From IMG/VR virus record IMGVR_UViG_3300033182_000595, positions 1 to 64,000 of that record: 64,000 nt of DNA. One strand, given 5' to 3'. Below, piece by piece: positions 48,798-57,192 of this stretch. The position numbers were made by a program, and so were the translations under genes. The DNA is from a virus. The notes under the pieces were generated by a model, which was not told the DNA's origin, did not search any database, and saw only the letters and a program-made list of their open reading frames with translations. Within the stretch, counting starts at the first letter, position 1. Every line of letters begins with the position of its first letter.

Positions 48798-49157
48798 CTA
48801 AAAGCCTGGGCCTTCATCCATTTTCTCCTGTGGTTTTTCGTTCCGGTTATCGAGAAGGTCAAAGTCCTCTAGTATGTTCCGGTAGTTCTGAACCTTGTTT
48901 CCGTTCTTATCTTCGTAGTCATCCTGTATAAAGGTTCCACGAACATGAACATTTTTTCCTTTCTTGAAGTACTTTAAGATATGCTCGTTTCTATATTCCG
49001 ACCATGATTCCCATTTTGTAAAGGTTGCAATGTTTTCTCCTTTTCTTTTCTTATTAAATGCGACTCGGAATTTAACCAAGCTACCGCCACCCGTTTTCAC
49101 CTCTTCGGCGTCTGCTACGACCGTTCCGAATACAGAGACTAATCCATTACCATTCAT
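48798..49157 (-). CDS. ssb: Single-stranded DNA-binding protein
   Basis: OB-fold pattern (FRVAFN, KKGKNVHVRG, YEDKNG) and acidic tail ending in F. Confidence 0.85.
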   Translation of the reverse strand: MNGNGLVSVFGTVVADAEEVKTGGGSLVKFRVAFNKKRKGENIATFTKWESWSEYRNEHILKYFKKGKNVHVRGTFIQDDYEDKNGNKVQNYRNILEDFDLLDNRNEKPQEKMDEGPGF

Positions 49158-49184
49158 ATTGTATTACGTATTTTATTGTTATTG

Positions 49185-49469
49185 TTAGAAGAGACTCATC
49201 TGAGCCTCATTGAAAACCATTACTTGCCTGACTGTTTTTCCAGTTAGTGGGCACTTTACATTTCCCACTTCTTCCACATGTCCCGACTTAATAAGTTCGG
49301 TTATCCGAGGTCTTACTGAGTTCATATCAGTCAGTCCCATCTCGTCCTTAACTTCTCTGTCGGTCATCTTTCTGGATGACTTGTAAAGTGTCAGATAGAT
49401 CTCTTTTCTTCTCCCGCTTAGTTCAGGCTTAATCTCATCGTAGGATGCCTTACTGTTTGCGTGGATCAT
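49185..49469 (-). CDS. Winged HTH protein
   Basis: TDREV...NSVRPRITEL..G. Confidence 0.65.
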   Translation of the reverse strand: MIHANSKASYDEIKPELSGRRKEIYLTLYKSSRKMTDREVKDEMGLTDMNSVRPRITELIKSGHVEEVGNVKCPLTGKTVRQVMVFNEAQMSLF

Positions 49470-49589
49470 TCTTAGCCTCCATTTGTCTAGTTGCTAGATA
49501 TCTTACCTGGGCACGGTTGCGCTTACCCCGTAACCCACCGAATGCACCTTTTGTCTGATGCCCGCCTTTTGATTGCTTACTCTTACTGC

Positions 49590-50984
49590 TCATAGTCTAT
49601 TATCATCTCTGTTATAAAGTGGGTTTGATTTCCTTTCTGAGATTCCGTCATTAAGTGAGTGTTCCCTTAGTTCGATAAACCTCTGTGATTTTGGCATGAA
49701 CTTTACTCGCTTTCCTGAGTGACCTGTTCCACCGAATCGATTCTTTGCCACGATGATTGATGTGGTCTGTTTATCGTCCGCTAGGAGATCTCGGTGAAGG
49801 AGAAGAACGACATCTGCATCCTGTTCGATCTGACCTGATTCACGAAGATCGTGAAGTTGTGGCTCTGCCCCCTTTTTTACGGAATCTCTGTTTAACTGAC
49901 AGATTAAGAAGACAGGGATATTCAATTCCTTGGCTAATTGCTTTGCCATCCTACTGATCTCTGCGACTTGTTGTTCTCGAGCGATCCTTGAGTCCTCTGG
50001 TTTAACCAATCCAAGGTAATCAATAACAATGCAGTCGAGCCCCTCCTTGCGGTGCATGATGCGAGCAGTTGTTCTGATATTGCTCATGCTTGATCCGGCA
50101 AAGTCATCAATGAAGATAGGGAGGTTTTGGCACGCCTCGATATGCATGATTAACTTCTCTGCATTGTGCTTATTCAGCGTGTCATCACTCGTTTTGTATG
50201 GGAGTCCATGCTCATCCTCTTGGGAACGAATTAGACCAAGTTTCTCCCAAAGCGACTCAGCCTTCATCTCCAATGAAAAGAATAATGTTTTCTTTCCCTG
50301 AAGTGCGGCGTGGTAGATGTTGTTGAGTACGATTGTGGTCTTACCTACGGCTGGACGAGCGGCAACCACAACAAGGTGGTTGTCCTTAAATCCTCCCGCT
50401 AGAACCATTTTTAACCATGGTAGGCATGGCTCAATTCGGGCGGGTCCTTGGCTGAGAGTTTTTCTGATTTCAGATATCGTATCCTTGGTAAGATCAGCTG
50501 ATCCTTTGAGTGTGCTACTCTTTGGTTTGATTAGTTCTTGCAGTTGCTTTTCTGAAGCTACCGCTAAGTCCATTGGGTCGTCCATGGGTGACGCATCCTT
50601 CACTTGCATGGAAAGATTTTCTCCGATTCTCACAAGGTCACGATATGCCTTGTTTTTAACAATTCCATCTACCGCCGACTTGCCTTTGTGAAAGGTTGGT
50701 AGTTCGTGTGCCCCAAGAACAAATTCGTGGAACTGCGGATACATTTCATTAAACTCCTTGGGGAGTCTCTTGAAAGCTCCGAACATTCCAAATTCGCCTT
50801 CCTTTTCTGATTGAACGAATGCATTCCAATACGCTTGGCATGAAGCGTCCTCGAAATGATCCATTGTTATTCCTTGCTCAAGTGCATAAGCGAAAAGCTT
50901 GTAGCACTCATCGTCCTCATATCTGAGGCATGAAATTAGTGACCTCTCTGAATCACATGAAGTCATAGTTACCACTTGGTTCAT
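49590..50984 (-). CDS. dnaB: Replicative DNA helicase, DnaB-like
   Basis: AARPAVGKT, SLEM, IDYLGL, QLNR, DLRESGQIEQDAD, KNRFG. Confidence 0.95.
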   Translation of the reverse strand: MNQVVTMTSCDSERSLISCLRYEDDECYKLFAYALEQGITMDHFEDASCQAYWNAFVQSEKEGEFGMFGAFKRLPKEFNEMYPQFHEFVLGAHELPTFHKGKSAVDGIVKNKAYRDLVRIGENLSMQVKDASPMDDPMDLAVASEKQLQELIKPKSSTLKGSADLTKDTISEIRKTLSQGPARIEPCLPWLKMVLAGGFKDNHLVVVAARPAVGKTTIVLNNIYHAALQGKKTLFFSLEMKAESLWEKLGLIRSQEDEHGLPYKTSDDTLNKHNAEKLIMHIEACQNLPIFIDDFAGSSMSNIRTTARIMHRKEGLDCIVIDYLGLVKPEDSRIAREQQVAEISRMAKQLAKELNIPVFLICQLNRDSVKKGAEPQLHDLRESGQIEQDADVVLLLHRDLLADDKQTTSIIVAKNRFGGTGHSGKRVKFMPKSQRFIELREHSLNDGISERKSNPLYNRDDNRL

Positions 50985-51471
50985 AAGTTTCCTCCGTTGT
51001 GTTTTTTCTTTCCCATCCGTGTCCTGCGATCCATCCCTGTGGATGCTTGTGCTTTGTGTCTGTCTTCTTGCAGTCGGCTAGGTAGTTGTTGTACGAGTCT
51101 GCCATTTCTTCGGCAGTCATTTTGGTTTCGAGAATTGCGTCCCAATGATCTCCGATCGACTTCACCAATGCCTGTGGCATTTCACAAAATTTTATGTGCT
51201 TGATGAAACCTTTAAAGAAAACATGCGAATCGCTTTTAGCGTCTTTAGATTTATCTAAAGATAAATTCTCCTCTACTTCGTGCGTACGCGAGGGAGTGTC
51301 CACGTGCGGACACTTGGCATATTTTTTCAATCCTTGAATTACGAACATTTTTACCGCTTGTGCGGGCTGTAAATCATTGACATCACAATACCATTCCAAA
51401 CGCCTTCTGAGGTCTCCCTTAAAGTTGACAGATGTCTTTAATGCTTCGCTCATCTGCTCACTTCCACCCAC
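50953..51471 (-). CDS. Putative replication initiator
   Basis: Directly upstream of DnaB; N-terminal RHH-like region; C-terminal KHPQGWI...WE motif of phage initiators. Confidence 0.55.
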   Translation of the reverse strand: MGGSEQMSEALKTSVNFKGDLRRRLEWYCDVNDLQPAQAVKMFVIQGLKKYAKCPHVDTPSRTHEVEENLSLDKSKDAKSDSHVFFKGFIKHIKFCEMPQALVKSIGDHWDAILETKMTAEEMADSYNNYLADCKKTDTKHKHPQGWIAGHGWERKNTTEETYEPSGNYDFM

Positions 51472-51788
51472 GTTTCTTCTTTAGCGTACGAGGAGACCTT
51501 TTCTTGGCTGACCTCGAGCGTGATGGCTTTTGGATCGTCTTCTGGTATAATTCCCGCAATCCTGAGCGCATCGACGAGATGCTTGACTCCCCCAACCAAA
51601 TTATCCGGGTCGCAAAGTCTGACGCGTTTGCTAACAATGCGGACTCGATGGCGAGGAGAACTTCCATATTCATGGAGCGTTTCTCCTTTAACCTCTCCCA
51701 CTCGTTCATTCGTAGCAGAGTATTTAATGAAGGGGTTCTCTTCGCTATCCTGAGGGTTATTATTTCTCCCGATTCCATCCTTACCCAT
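51450..51788 (-). CDS. RusA-like Holliday junction resolvase
   Basis: RLCDPDNL...K.LVDAL..AGIIPEDD. Confidence 0.7.
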   Translation of the reverse strand: MGKDGIGRNNNPQDSEENPFIKYSATNERVGEVKGETLHEYGSSPRHRVRIVSKRVRLCDPDNLVGGVKHLVDALRIAGIIPEDDPKAITLEVSQEKVSSYAKEETWVEVSR

Positions 51789-52176
51789 GGTCTTTGATAA
51801 TCGCAGGAGATTTAGGCTTCTCCTTGGCTACATTTGCGAGTCTCTGCTTAATATCCTTGCGGGCGTCCGCTTTTGATATTCCACGCTTGTCTGCCCACAC
51901 CTGAACCATAGTTCCTTCGGTAAACCGACAGGCTTTAAGGAAATCATTCCATTGCAGTACATTTGTACTCATTAGAATTTCCGCAACCTCGCACGCCTCG
52001 TAAGATGTTATCTTCCCACTATTGCGTAGTTTAAACCCTGGTATTGAGTTGGGATCTTCTTCCAACATCCGTTTAACCACGGCTTTAACTTGCTTAATAA
52101 ATGCCTCCATAATAGGCACCAAATCCATAGCCTCCGATATCTGTTCGGGGCTATCCATCCACTTTAAATCTTCCAT
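51781..52176 (-). CDS. Protein resembling the C-terminal part of Cas4-like (DUF2800-type) phage nucleases
   Basis: IPGFKL motif; ATG 2 nt after the nuclease stop. Confidence 0.5.
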   Translation of the reverse strand: MEDLKWMDSPEQISEAMDLVPIMEAFIKQVKAVVKRMLEEDPNSIPGFKLRNSGKITSYEACEVAEILMSTNVLQWNDFLKACRFTEGTMVQVWADKRGISKADARKDIKQRLANVAKEKPKSPAIIKDHG

Positions 52177-52178
52177 AA

Positions 52179-52913
52179 TTATTTTTGTAAACACGAAATT
52201 AAGTGTGACCTTGCAGTCGGGCAGACATAAAGTGCTGAACACCACTTGCATTGTTTTGATCCACTTACTCGCTTGGGGTTTTCTTTATATGCCTCCGCAA
52301 CGACATCCTCTAACCACTTAGCCTTTTCCGCCAAGAATTGGGCTGAGTATTTTACCGTGGTATAGGTAGGGTCATTAAAAGGCTCGATTAGTGCCGCATA
52401 AACATTTTCGGTCTTGGGGTAATTTTTCCAGTAAAGCACTGCTTGTGCTAGCAACTGAACATTATCGGGTGCAGGTGTATGAGACCCGTGGAGGGTTTTA
52501 TAGTCAGCGATCAGGACATCTACCCCTAATGCCTCTGAATAGTCTAACTGACCGCTCCACGAGTCGTCATACCAAAGCCTTAATTCCCGTTCTACGACTC
52601 CTTCTGAGTCACCGAAAACTTTTTTTCTACATTCTTGCAGTGCGATTCTTGATCTGTAAGCACAAAGCCTTCTTTCATCATCATCAATTTCATCCAAGGG
52701 TACTTGGTTTTCTTCGTTTTCGTGACGAATCGTGCCTTCGTTAGCAGAGTCCTTATCGCCCTCCCACATGTAGAGCTTGTTCGCTTGCCAATGTGCTGGG
52801 CACAGGCTTGTCGCCTCCAATTTGGAGGCAGACAATTTGCCCTGTACTTTCTCAGACCGCATCAGCAAAATCCTGTTTTCCGTTTCCTGAAATGCTAGCA
52901 ACTGCCTGCTCAA
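52179..52913 (-). CDS. Cas4-like PD-(D/E)XK exonuclease
   Basis: SAS..CP, GT..H, GQLD, DYKT, QL and CKWC..CP. Confidence 0.8.
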   Translation of the reverse strand: MSRQLLAFQETENRILLMRSEKVQGKLSASKLEATSLCPAHWQANKLYMWEGDKDSANEGTIRHENEENQVPLDEIDDDERRLCAYRSRIALQECRKKVFGDSEGVVERELRLWYDDSWSGQLDYSEALGVDVLIADYKTLHGSHTPAPDNVQLLAQAVLYWKNYPKTENVYAALIEPFNDPTYTTVKYSAQFLAEKAKWLEDVVAEAYKENPKRVSGSKQCKWCSALYVCPTARSHLISCLQK

Positions 52914-53457
52914 GGAATCCGAGCAACTTGGTATCTTGATCTTTAATCAGCTCATACTTGGTTTTCAGTGTATCCTTTAAGAACTCAGGCTTGTTTTCAG
53001 CCAACCATGACAAGGTCTTGCCCTTGTTCTGTTGACCAGGCCATTTGACATCTGCCCATAAAGGAAGGTCTTCGTTCTGACGAATAACACCCTCGATGGT
53101 TGAGCTTTCTTGTCGCTCGATCGCTTGCTCTACTTCTTCGTATGTGGCAATGGAATCATCAACTCCAATACCCAAGAACCCAAGACAACGACCAACAGCA
53201 GAGGTTTCGCAGTTCTCAATGAATGATGTAGAGTTTACACCGCTCTTAGTCTGAATTTCTTCAGCGTGTCCTGTTGCTTTAACTAAGCCATCGGAATCGA
53301 GAACTTTGGCGACCATAACGACACGATTCTCAGACATGTCTACAATACTTGTTTCTAGCGACATATCCTTGAAGTTTGGATGAGTGCGAAATGCCTTCAC
53401 CCGTTCATTTACAAGGACATAATCCTTACCTTTAATTTTTTGAGTTTCTAATTTCAT
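52852..53457 (-). CDS. Single-strand annealing protein (Rad52/Sak-like)
   Basis: YVLVNERV..F, ATGHAEE, ENCETSAVGR.L; next to the exonuclease. Confidence 0.7.
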   Translation of the reverse strand: MKLETQKIKGKDYVLVNERVKAFRTHPNFKDMSLETSIVDMSENRVVMVAKVLDSDGLVKATGHAEEIQTKSGVNSTSFIENCETSAVGRCLGFLGIGVDDSIATYEEVEQAIERQESSTIEGVIRQNEDLPLWADVKWPGQQNKGKTLSWLAENKPEFLKDTLKTKYELIKDQDTKLLGFLEQAVASISGNGKQDFADAV

Positions 53458-54287
53458 ACAGATTTAATTTGAGGAATTGGTCCCGGTCTCATTTGAAGTT
53501 TGGATACTTCTTTTCCGCTCACCCAATTATTCCAAGTGATAACAAAGGCTTTAATGAACCAGAAAGATGATATCATTATATCGCTCGCCTGTTTCTTTCT
53601 GATTGCCTCTCTTAACTTAAGAATTGGGCTTTTTGAATCTAAGTTATGACCTAAGTGAAATGCCTGAAGGAACTCCTCAGCCAAATCTTCATCAATGGCA
53701 GATAATTTGTAGTGAATGACCGCCATTGCCGCCGGACGAGTCTTGAAGTCCTTCTTTCTTAGTCCCGCATAAGCTACAGAACCTTCAATCTTAGGATATC
53801 TTTCAAGAAGCTCCTCAACCTCATGATTAAGAACTTTTGATGCTGACTGACCTCCGAGAGAACACTCATACAGTCCATCATCATCCATTTTACGAATAAG
53901 AGCCAAGGTTGCCGCTAGGGCAGGGCAATTTTTCTTACCTAATATACTTAATATATCAGCTGGTGATCTTTTCTTACCTGAGTCAATGGTCTTAAATACC
54001 TCAGGCGAATCAACGGTTACTATAATGCAATCAATCGACTTATTCGCCTTAACAACAGCAGTCAATCTATGCTGGCCATCAATTAGCTGATGGTCTTCTA
54101 GTGCCAATCCTTTTCGTCCGCTATTATTGTAGACTCTAATGGTATCCCCATTGTTCTGCCACTTATTTGCGCGAATATCTTCAACATACTGCTTAACAAT
54201 AGCATTAGATATAGTTCTATTCGTAGGGTTATTTGTGAGCAATTTAGTCGCTTGCTTGGGCGAGATCTTAGTTATTTTAACTTCCAT
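53454..54287 (-). CDS. ParB/Srx-like (DGQHR) domain protein
   Basis: NR.IS...V..Y...W..NGDTI...LIDGQHRL.A. Confidence 0.75.
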   Translation of the reverse strand: MEVKITKISPKQATKLLTNNPTNRTISNAIVKQYVEDIRANKWQNNGDTIRVYNNSGRKGLALEDHQLIDGQHRLTAVVKANKSIDCIIVTVDSPEVFKTIDSGKKRSPADILSILGKKNCPALAATLALIRKMDDDGLYECSLGGQSASKVLNHEVEELLERYPKIEGSVAYAGLRKKDFKTRPAAMAVIHYKLSAIDEDLAEEFLQAFHLGHNLDSKSPILKLREAIRKKQASDIMISSFWFIKAFVITWNNWVSGKEVSKLQMRPGPIPQIKSV

Positions 54288-54309
54288 CCAGTTATCCTCC
54301 TATGGTTAG

Positions 54310-54621
54310 TTATTGCGTTGCTTGATGAACTTCGAAAGTTTCAGTTGTCCATCGTTTCGCATCTTTGTTCTTAGTGAGTTCAATCACCTCACCCTTATTC
54401 CACCTTGGTGTTTTCCACCCCGGTAATTGAACAGGTGTGAGGACTCCCTCTTTCTTTAAGAATGCGAGATAACGGTAGCCTGCAGTGGCTCCCAATCCCA
54501 GTAAACGACAGACCTCTGAACCCTTCAGAAGCAGTTTATTTTCCATACTATCTTTCGACATGGGTTGTTGTTTTAGCATCCGAAAAGCACTTGGCAAGAT
54601 AAAATAATGCATACGCAACAA
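54310..54621 (-). CDS. Excisionase/Cox-like HTH protein (start probably near 54562 or 54546)
   Basis: LLKGSEVCRLLGL...G.LTPV....PRW MerR/Xis-like pattern; divergent from the repressor. Confidence 0.6.
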   Translation of the reverse strand: MLRMHYFILPSAFRMLKQQPMSKDSMENKLLLKGSEVCRLLGLGATAGYRYLAFLKKEGVLTPVQLPGWKTPRWNKGEVIELTKNKDAKRWTTETFEVHQATQ

Positions 54622-54710
54622 AAACTTTAAAATAATGCGTAAGTGTGAAGTGAAATGAAGTAAAATGAAGTAAAGTGTTGACAGAAAATTATTTTACATA
54701 TTTTAATGCA
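54600..54710. promoter_or_regulatory. Genetic switch region with two families of direct repeats
   Basis: TAAAATAATGC(A/G)TA x2; (G/A)TGAAGT(G/A)AA x3 in tandem; TTGACA at 54678. Confidence 0.6.
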
Positions 54711-54721
54711 AATTCTTTTAT

Positions 54722-54961
54722 TTGCCCCATGGAAAGGAAAATATGACAACAGAACCCCTACAAGCTGTGAACTGTAGAATACCTAAAGAAGTATATAATG
54801 ATATGCAGGACCTACTTAGATTCACGCAAAAATCAACAGCCGCATTCGTGAAGGACTCAATAGAGTTCTATATGGAATGTGTTAAAAAAAATAAAATCGC
54901 GGAAGATTTCAATCCATTGAAGATTGACCAGTTTGCATACAATTTGAACAAAAAAATCTAG
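54722..54961 (+). CDS. Ribbon-helix-helix repressor-like protein
   Basis: AVNCRIPKEVY..M......S.AAFVKDSIE RHH pattern. Confidence 0.65.
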   Translation: MPHGKENMTTEPLQAVNCRIPKEVYNDMQDLLRFTQKSTAAFVKDSIEFYMECVKKNKIAEDFNPLKIDQFAYNLNKKI

Positions 54962-54978
54962 AAAGGAATAAAATATAA

Positions 54979-55353
54979 ATGAATACCCCCTCAACAAACC
55001 TGACAATTCTTCACGATACCCAAGAATGGAGTACAGATATTGAGGGTGAGATTGGCGAAATAAGAGTGGAGGTGGAAGGCATCGCTCAAAGTATTAAGAC
55101 ACTGGTTTTATGCTTGGGCGTGATCGTTACGGTCTGCCTAGTCTGTAATATCGGAATGGCTACATGGGTTGCGACTCATGACGATGAAATCATGGAAGCC
55201 GTGGACGGTACCATCAAAAGGAACTCAGTAGTGATGGATAGAATGGCTAGATTAAATAATATCTATGCCAAGAAACTACAGTCAATGGGACTTATATATC
55301 GTGATGGAAATTGGCAACAAATTGGCAACAACCCCGTGAATCCCAGTAAATAA
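54979..55353 (+). CDS. Single-TM membrane protein (possible lysogeny accessory)
   Basis: One hydrophobic helix; lies between the repressor and attP. Confidence 0.55.
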   Translation: MNTPSTNLTILHDTQEWSTDIEGEIGEIRVEVEGIAQSIKTLVLCLGVIVTVCLVCNIGMATWVATHDDEIMEAVDGTIKRNSVVMDRMARLNNIYAKKLQSMGLIYRDGNWQQIGNNPVNPSK

Positions 55354-55364
55354 GAGGATCATGT

Positions 55365-55414
55365 CCTGACTACGGATCAGGAGGTTGGGAGTTCGACTCT
55401 CTCCGGGTGTGCCA
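55365..55414 (+). mobile_element. attP core: 3' half of tRNA-Arg(ACG)
   Basis: CCTGA-CTACGGA-TCAGG anticodon arm, GGGAG-TTCGACT-CTCTC T arm, ends in GCCA; no 5' half; integrase follows. Confidence 0.85.
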
Positions 55415-55442
55415 CTTTAAATAAGCCACAATCTCACTAAAT

Positions 55443-55475
55443 AAGCACCTCTCAGCAATGGGGGGTGTTTTTTTA
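55443..55475 (+). terminator. Intrinsic terminator downstream of the attP tRNA fragment
   Basis: GCACCTCTCA-GCAA-TGGGGGGTGT stem followed by a T run. Confidence 0.7.
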
Positions 55476-55542
55476 TTTACTTCACTAAGTTTCATAAATA
55501 ACCACGGATTTACATGTTTACTGCCAACAAAACTGCCAACAG

Positions 55543-56556
55543 ATGAAGGTGTCCATATCCAAAAGAAAGGTTAGGGATAACATAAAATGGGCTTTAACTG
55601 TTCATCATGACGGAAAGCGACGAAGAAAGTTCTTCAATTCAGCCATGGAAGCCAAAGCGTTTGATGTAGTCACTTGGCTTGGTGAGGTTGCCGAAAAAGA
55701 ACCTGTGGGAGAACAGACATTACTACATGTAGCAAGCAATGAGTATTTAGCTGAGTACTTCGAGAATAATTATAATCCAGCTAAGCCAAAACAGAAAGGA
55801 TATCGCACAACCGAAGAGCGGGTAAATAAGTTCCTAACATGGTTTGGTGGAGGTAGATCAGTATCGGATGTAACCGTGGAGTCCTACAAGAAGTATGTGA
55901 ACTCAGGGGACTGGTCAGAGAAGACCAAAAAGGAGTACGGACGGGCTGTCCGAATATTCATGGCATGGTGTGCGAAAAAAGGTTACGGGCAAAATGTATC
56001 GGATTGGTATATTCAGACTAACCCAGATCTGAAAATGACCAAAAAAAAGGTCTTTTTTAAATTACCAGGTATTTTGCAGGTAGCAGAAGTAAAATCTCTC
56101 TTAGAGGAAATAGACGAGAAGTATAAACCTGCCTTAGCTATTATGTTATTTACGGGGATACGCCCAGAGATGGAGATGGCTACTTTAAGATACTCAGACA
56201 TCCGATGGGGTAAGTCTATAGGACTAAAGGCAGAGCATACTAAGACAGGACGGGAGCGATGGATTAAGCCACCAGAGAACCTATGGTCATGGGTGCCAAA
56301 ATCTAAAGGCTTGGTTATGCCATCTTATAACGCACTCAACTTAGCAAGAAGGTGGGCATCCCGTAGGGTGGGTTTCAACTACCCAACTAATGGTGCCAGG
56401 CATTCGTTTGGTAGCTATGGATACTGGAAGTCTTTTGAGTGGGCATTAGATACCATGGGGCATATGTCATCCGAGACGTTTCTTAAGAACTATAAGAACA
56501 ACAGGGTAGATGCGGAATCTGCGTCCGAATATTTCGGAATATGTCAAGCGGGGTAG
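55543..56556 (+). CDS. int: Phage integrase (tyrosine recombinase)
   Basis: TGIR, KT, NGARHSF, MGH, Y; N-terminal GKRRRKFF arm-binding region; adjacent to attP. Confidence 0.9.
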   Translation: MKVSISKRKVRDNIKWALTVHHDGKRRRKFFNSAMEAKAFDVVTWLGEVAEKEPVGEQTLLHVASNEYLAEYFENNYNPAKPKQKGYRTTEERVNKFLTWFGGGRSVSDVTVESYKKYVNSGDWSEKTKKEYGRAVRIFMAWCAKKGYGQNVSDWYIQTNPDLKMTKKKVFFKLPGILQVAEVKSLLEEIDEKYKPALAIMLFTGIRPEMEMATLRYSDIRWGKSIGLKAEHTKTGRERWIKPPENLWSWVPKSKGLVMPSYNALNLARRWASRRVGFNYPTNGARHSFGSYGYWKSFEWALDTMGHMSSETFLKNYKNNRVDAESASEYFGICQAG

Positions 56557-56577
56557 TAAACAATATGTTACACCCCC

Positions 56578-56600
56578 GATACACGAAATTTCGTGTTGCA
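56578..56600. promoter_or_regulatory. Operator site upstream of the packaging operon
   Basis: GATACAC GAAATTTC GTGTTGC. Confidence 0.55.
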
Positions 56601-56630
56601 ATTCATTAAAGTGTTTTTTAATTCTAAAAC

Positions 56631-56858
56631 ATGGAGGATAGGAAAGTAATGAAAGTAAAGGCTGAAGCGTTTGACGCATACCAAAGGGTGCGTCCACTAC
56701 TTGAGGAGTACTTTGATTCCTGGATGATTGTAGGTCACCGTGCGGGCTGTAAAACCAAAATAGTATTAGCGGATATCGAAAAGGATGCCGCTGACATGAA
56801 GGAGCAACTCGCAAATGCCAAAAAATGGAAAGAAAAGCCCGTGGGAGATTCTCGTTAA
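56631..56858 (+). CDS. Hypothetical protein
   Basis: First ORF of the packaging operon. Confidence 0.5.
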   Translation: MEDRKVMKVKAEAFDAYQRVRPLLEEYFDSWMIVGHRAGCKTKIVLADIEKDAADMKEQLANAKKWKEKPVGDSR

Positions 56859-57192
56859 TTACCCACCAGTCTTCGTAAGATTATACGCAAAGGAGCGATC
56901 CGGCTCACGGATGCACCGAGCCTTGAGCGACCAAGAGGTCGCTATACGAGGTAATATACCTGTGGACATTGTTCGCAGGATATCCCGTATGACCACATGG
57001 GATAATGTAACAGTTGGTGATGCTCGTAGTTTCTGTAAGGGATGTAACTTCGATCCTTTTAGCTATTTAGATAGAAACAGGATATCTGCTTATTCTAGGC
57101 GGGGCACTTACGCATTCCTGAGAAGAAGCGACCACTGGGAGAATACATTTCTGCCGTTAATTAAAATATTTCAACATGCCCAGAACCCATAA
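56815..57192 (+). CDS. Hypothetical protein, possible HTH
   Basis: LSDQEVAIRGNIPVDIVRRI. Confidence 0.5.
   Translation: MPKNGKKSPWEILVNYPPVFVRLYAKERSGSRMHRALSDQEVAIRGNIPVDIVRRISRMTTWDNVTVGDARSFCKGCNFDPFSYLDRNRISAYSRRGTYAFLRRSDHWENTFLPLIKIFQHAQNP

Noticed and set aside
48589-48872. Three overlapping ~70-80 aa ORFs on both strands
   Set aside because: Cannot decide which, if any, is real; no motifs
52179-52913. CRISPR-Cas system suggested by the Cas4-like gene
   Set aside because: No repeat-spacer array or other cas genes seen; the context is a phage recombination module
55340-55414. Full tRNA-Arg gene
   Set aside because: The acceptor 5' strand and D arm are missing; the upstream sequence cannot pair with the 3' acceptor strand, so it is an att core
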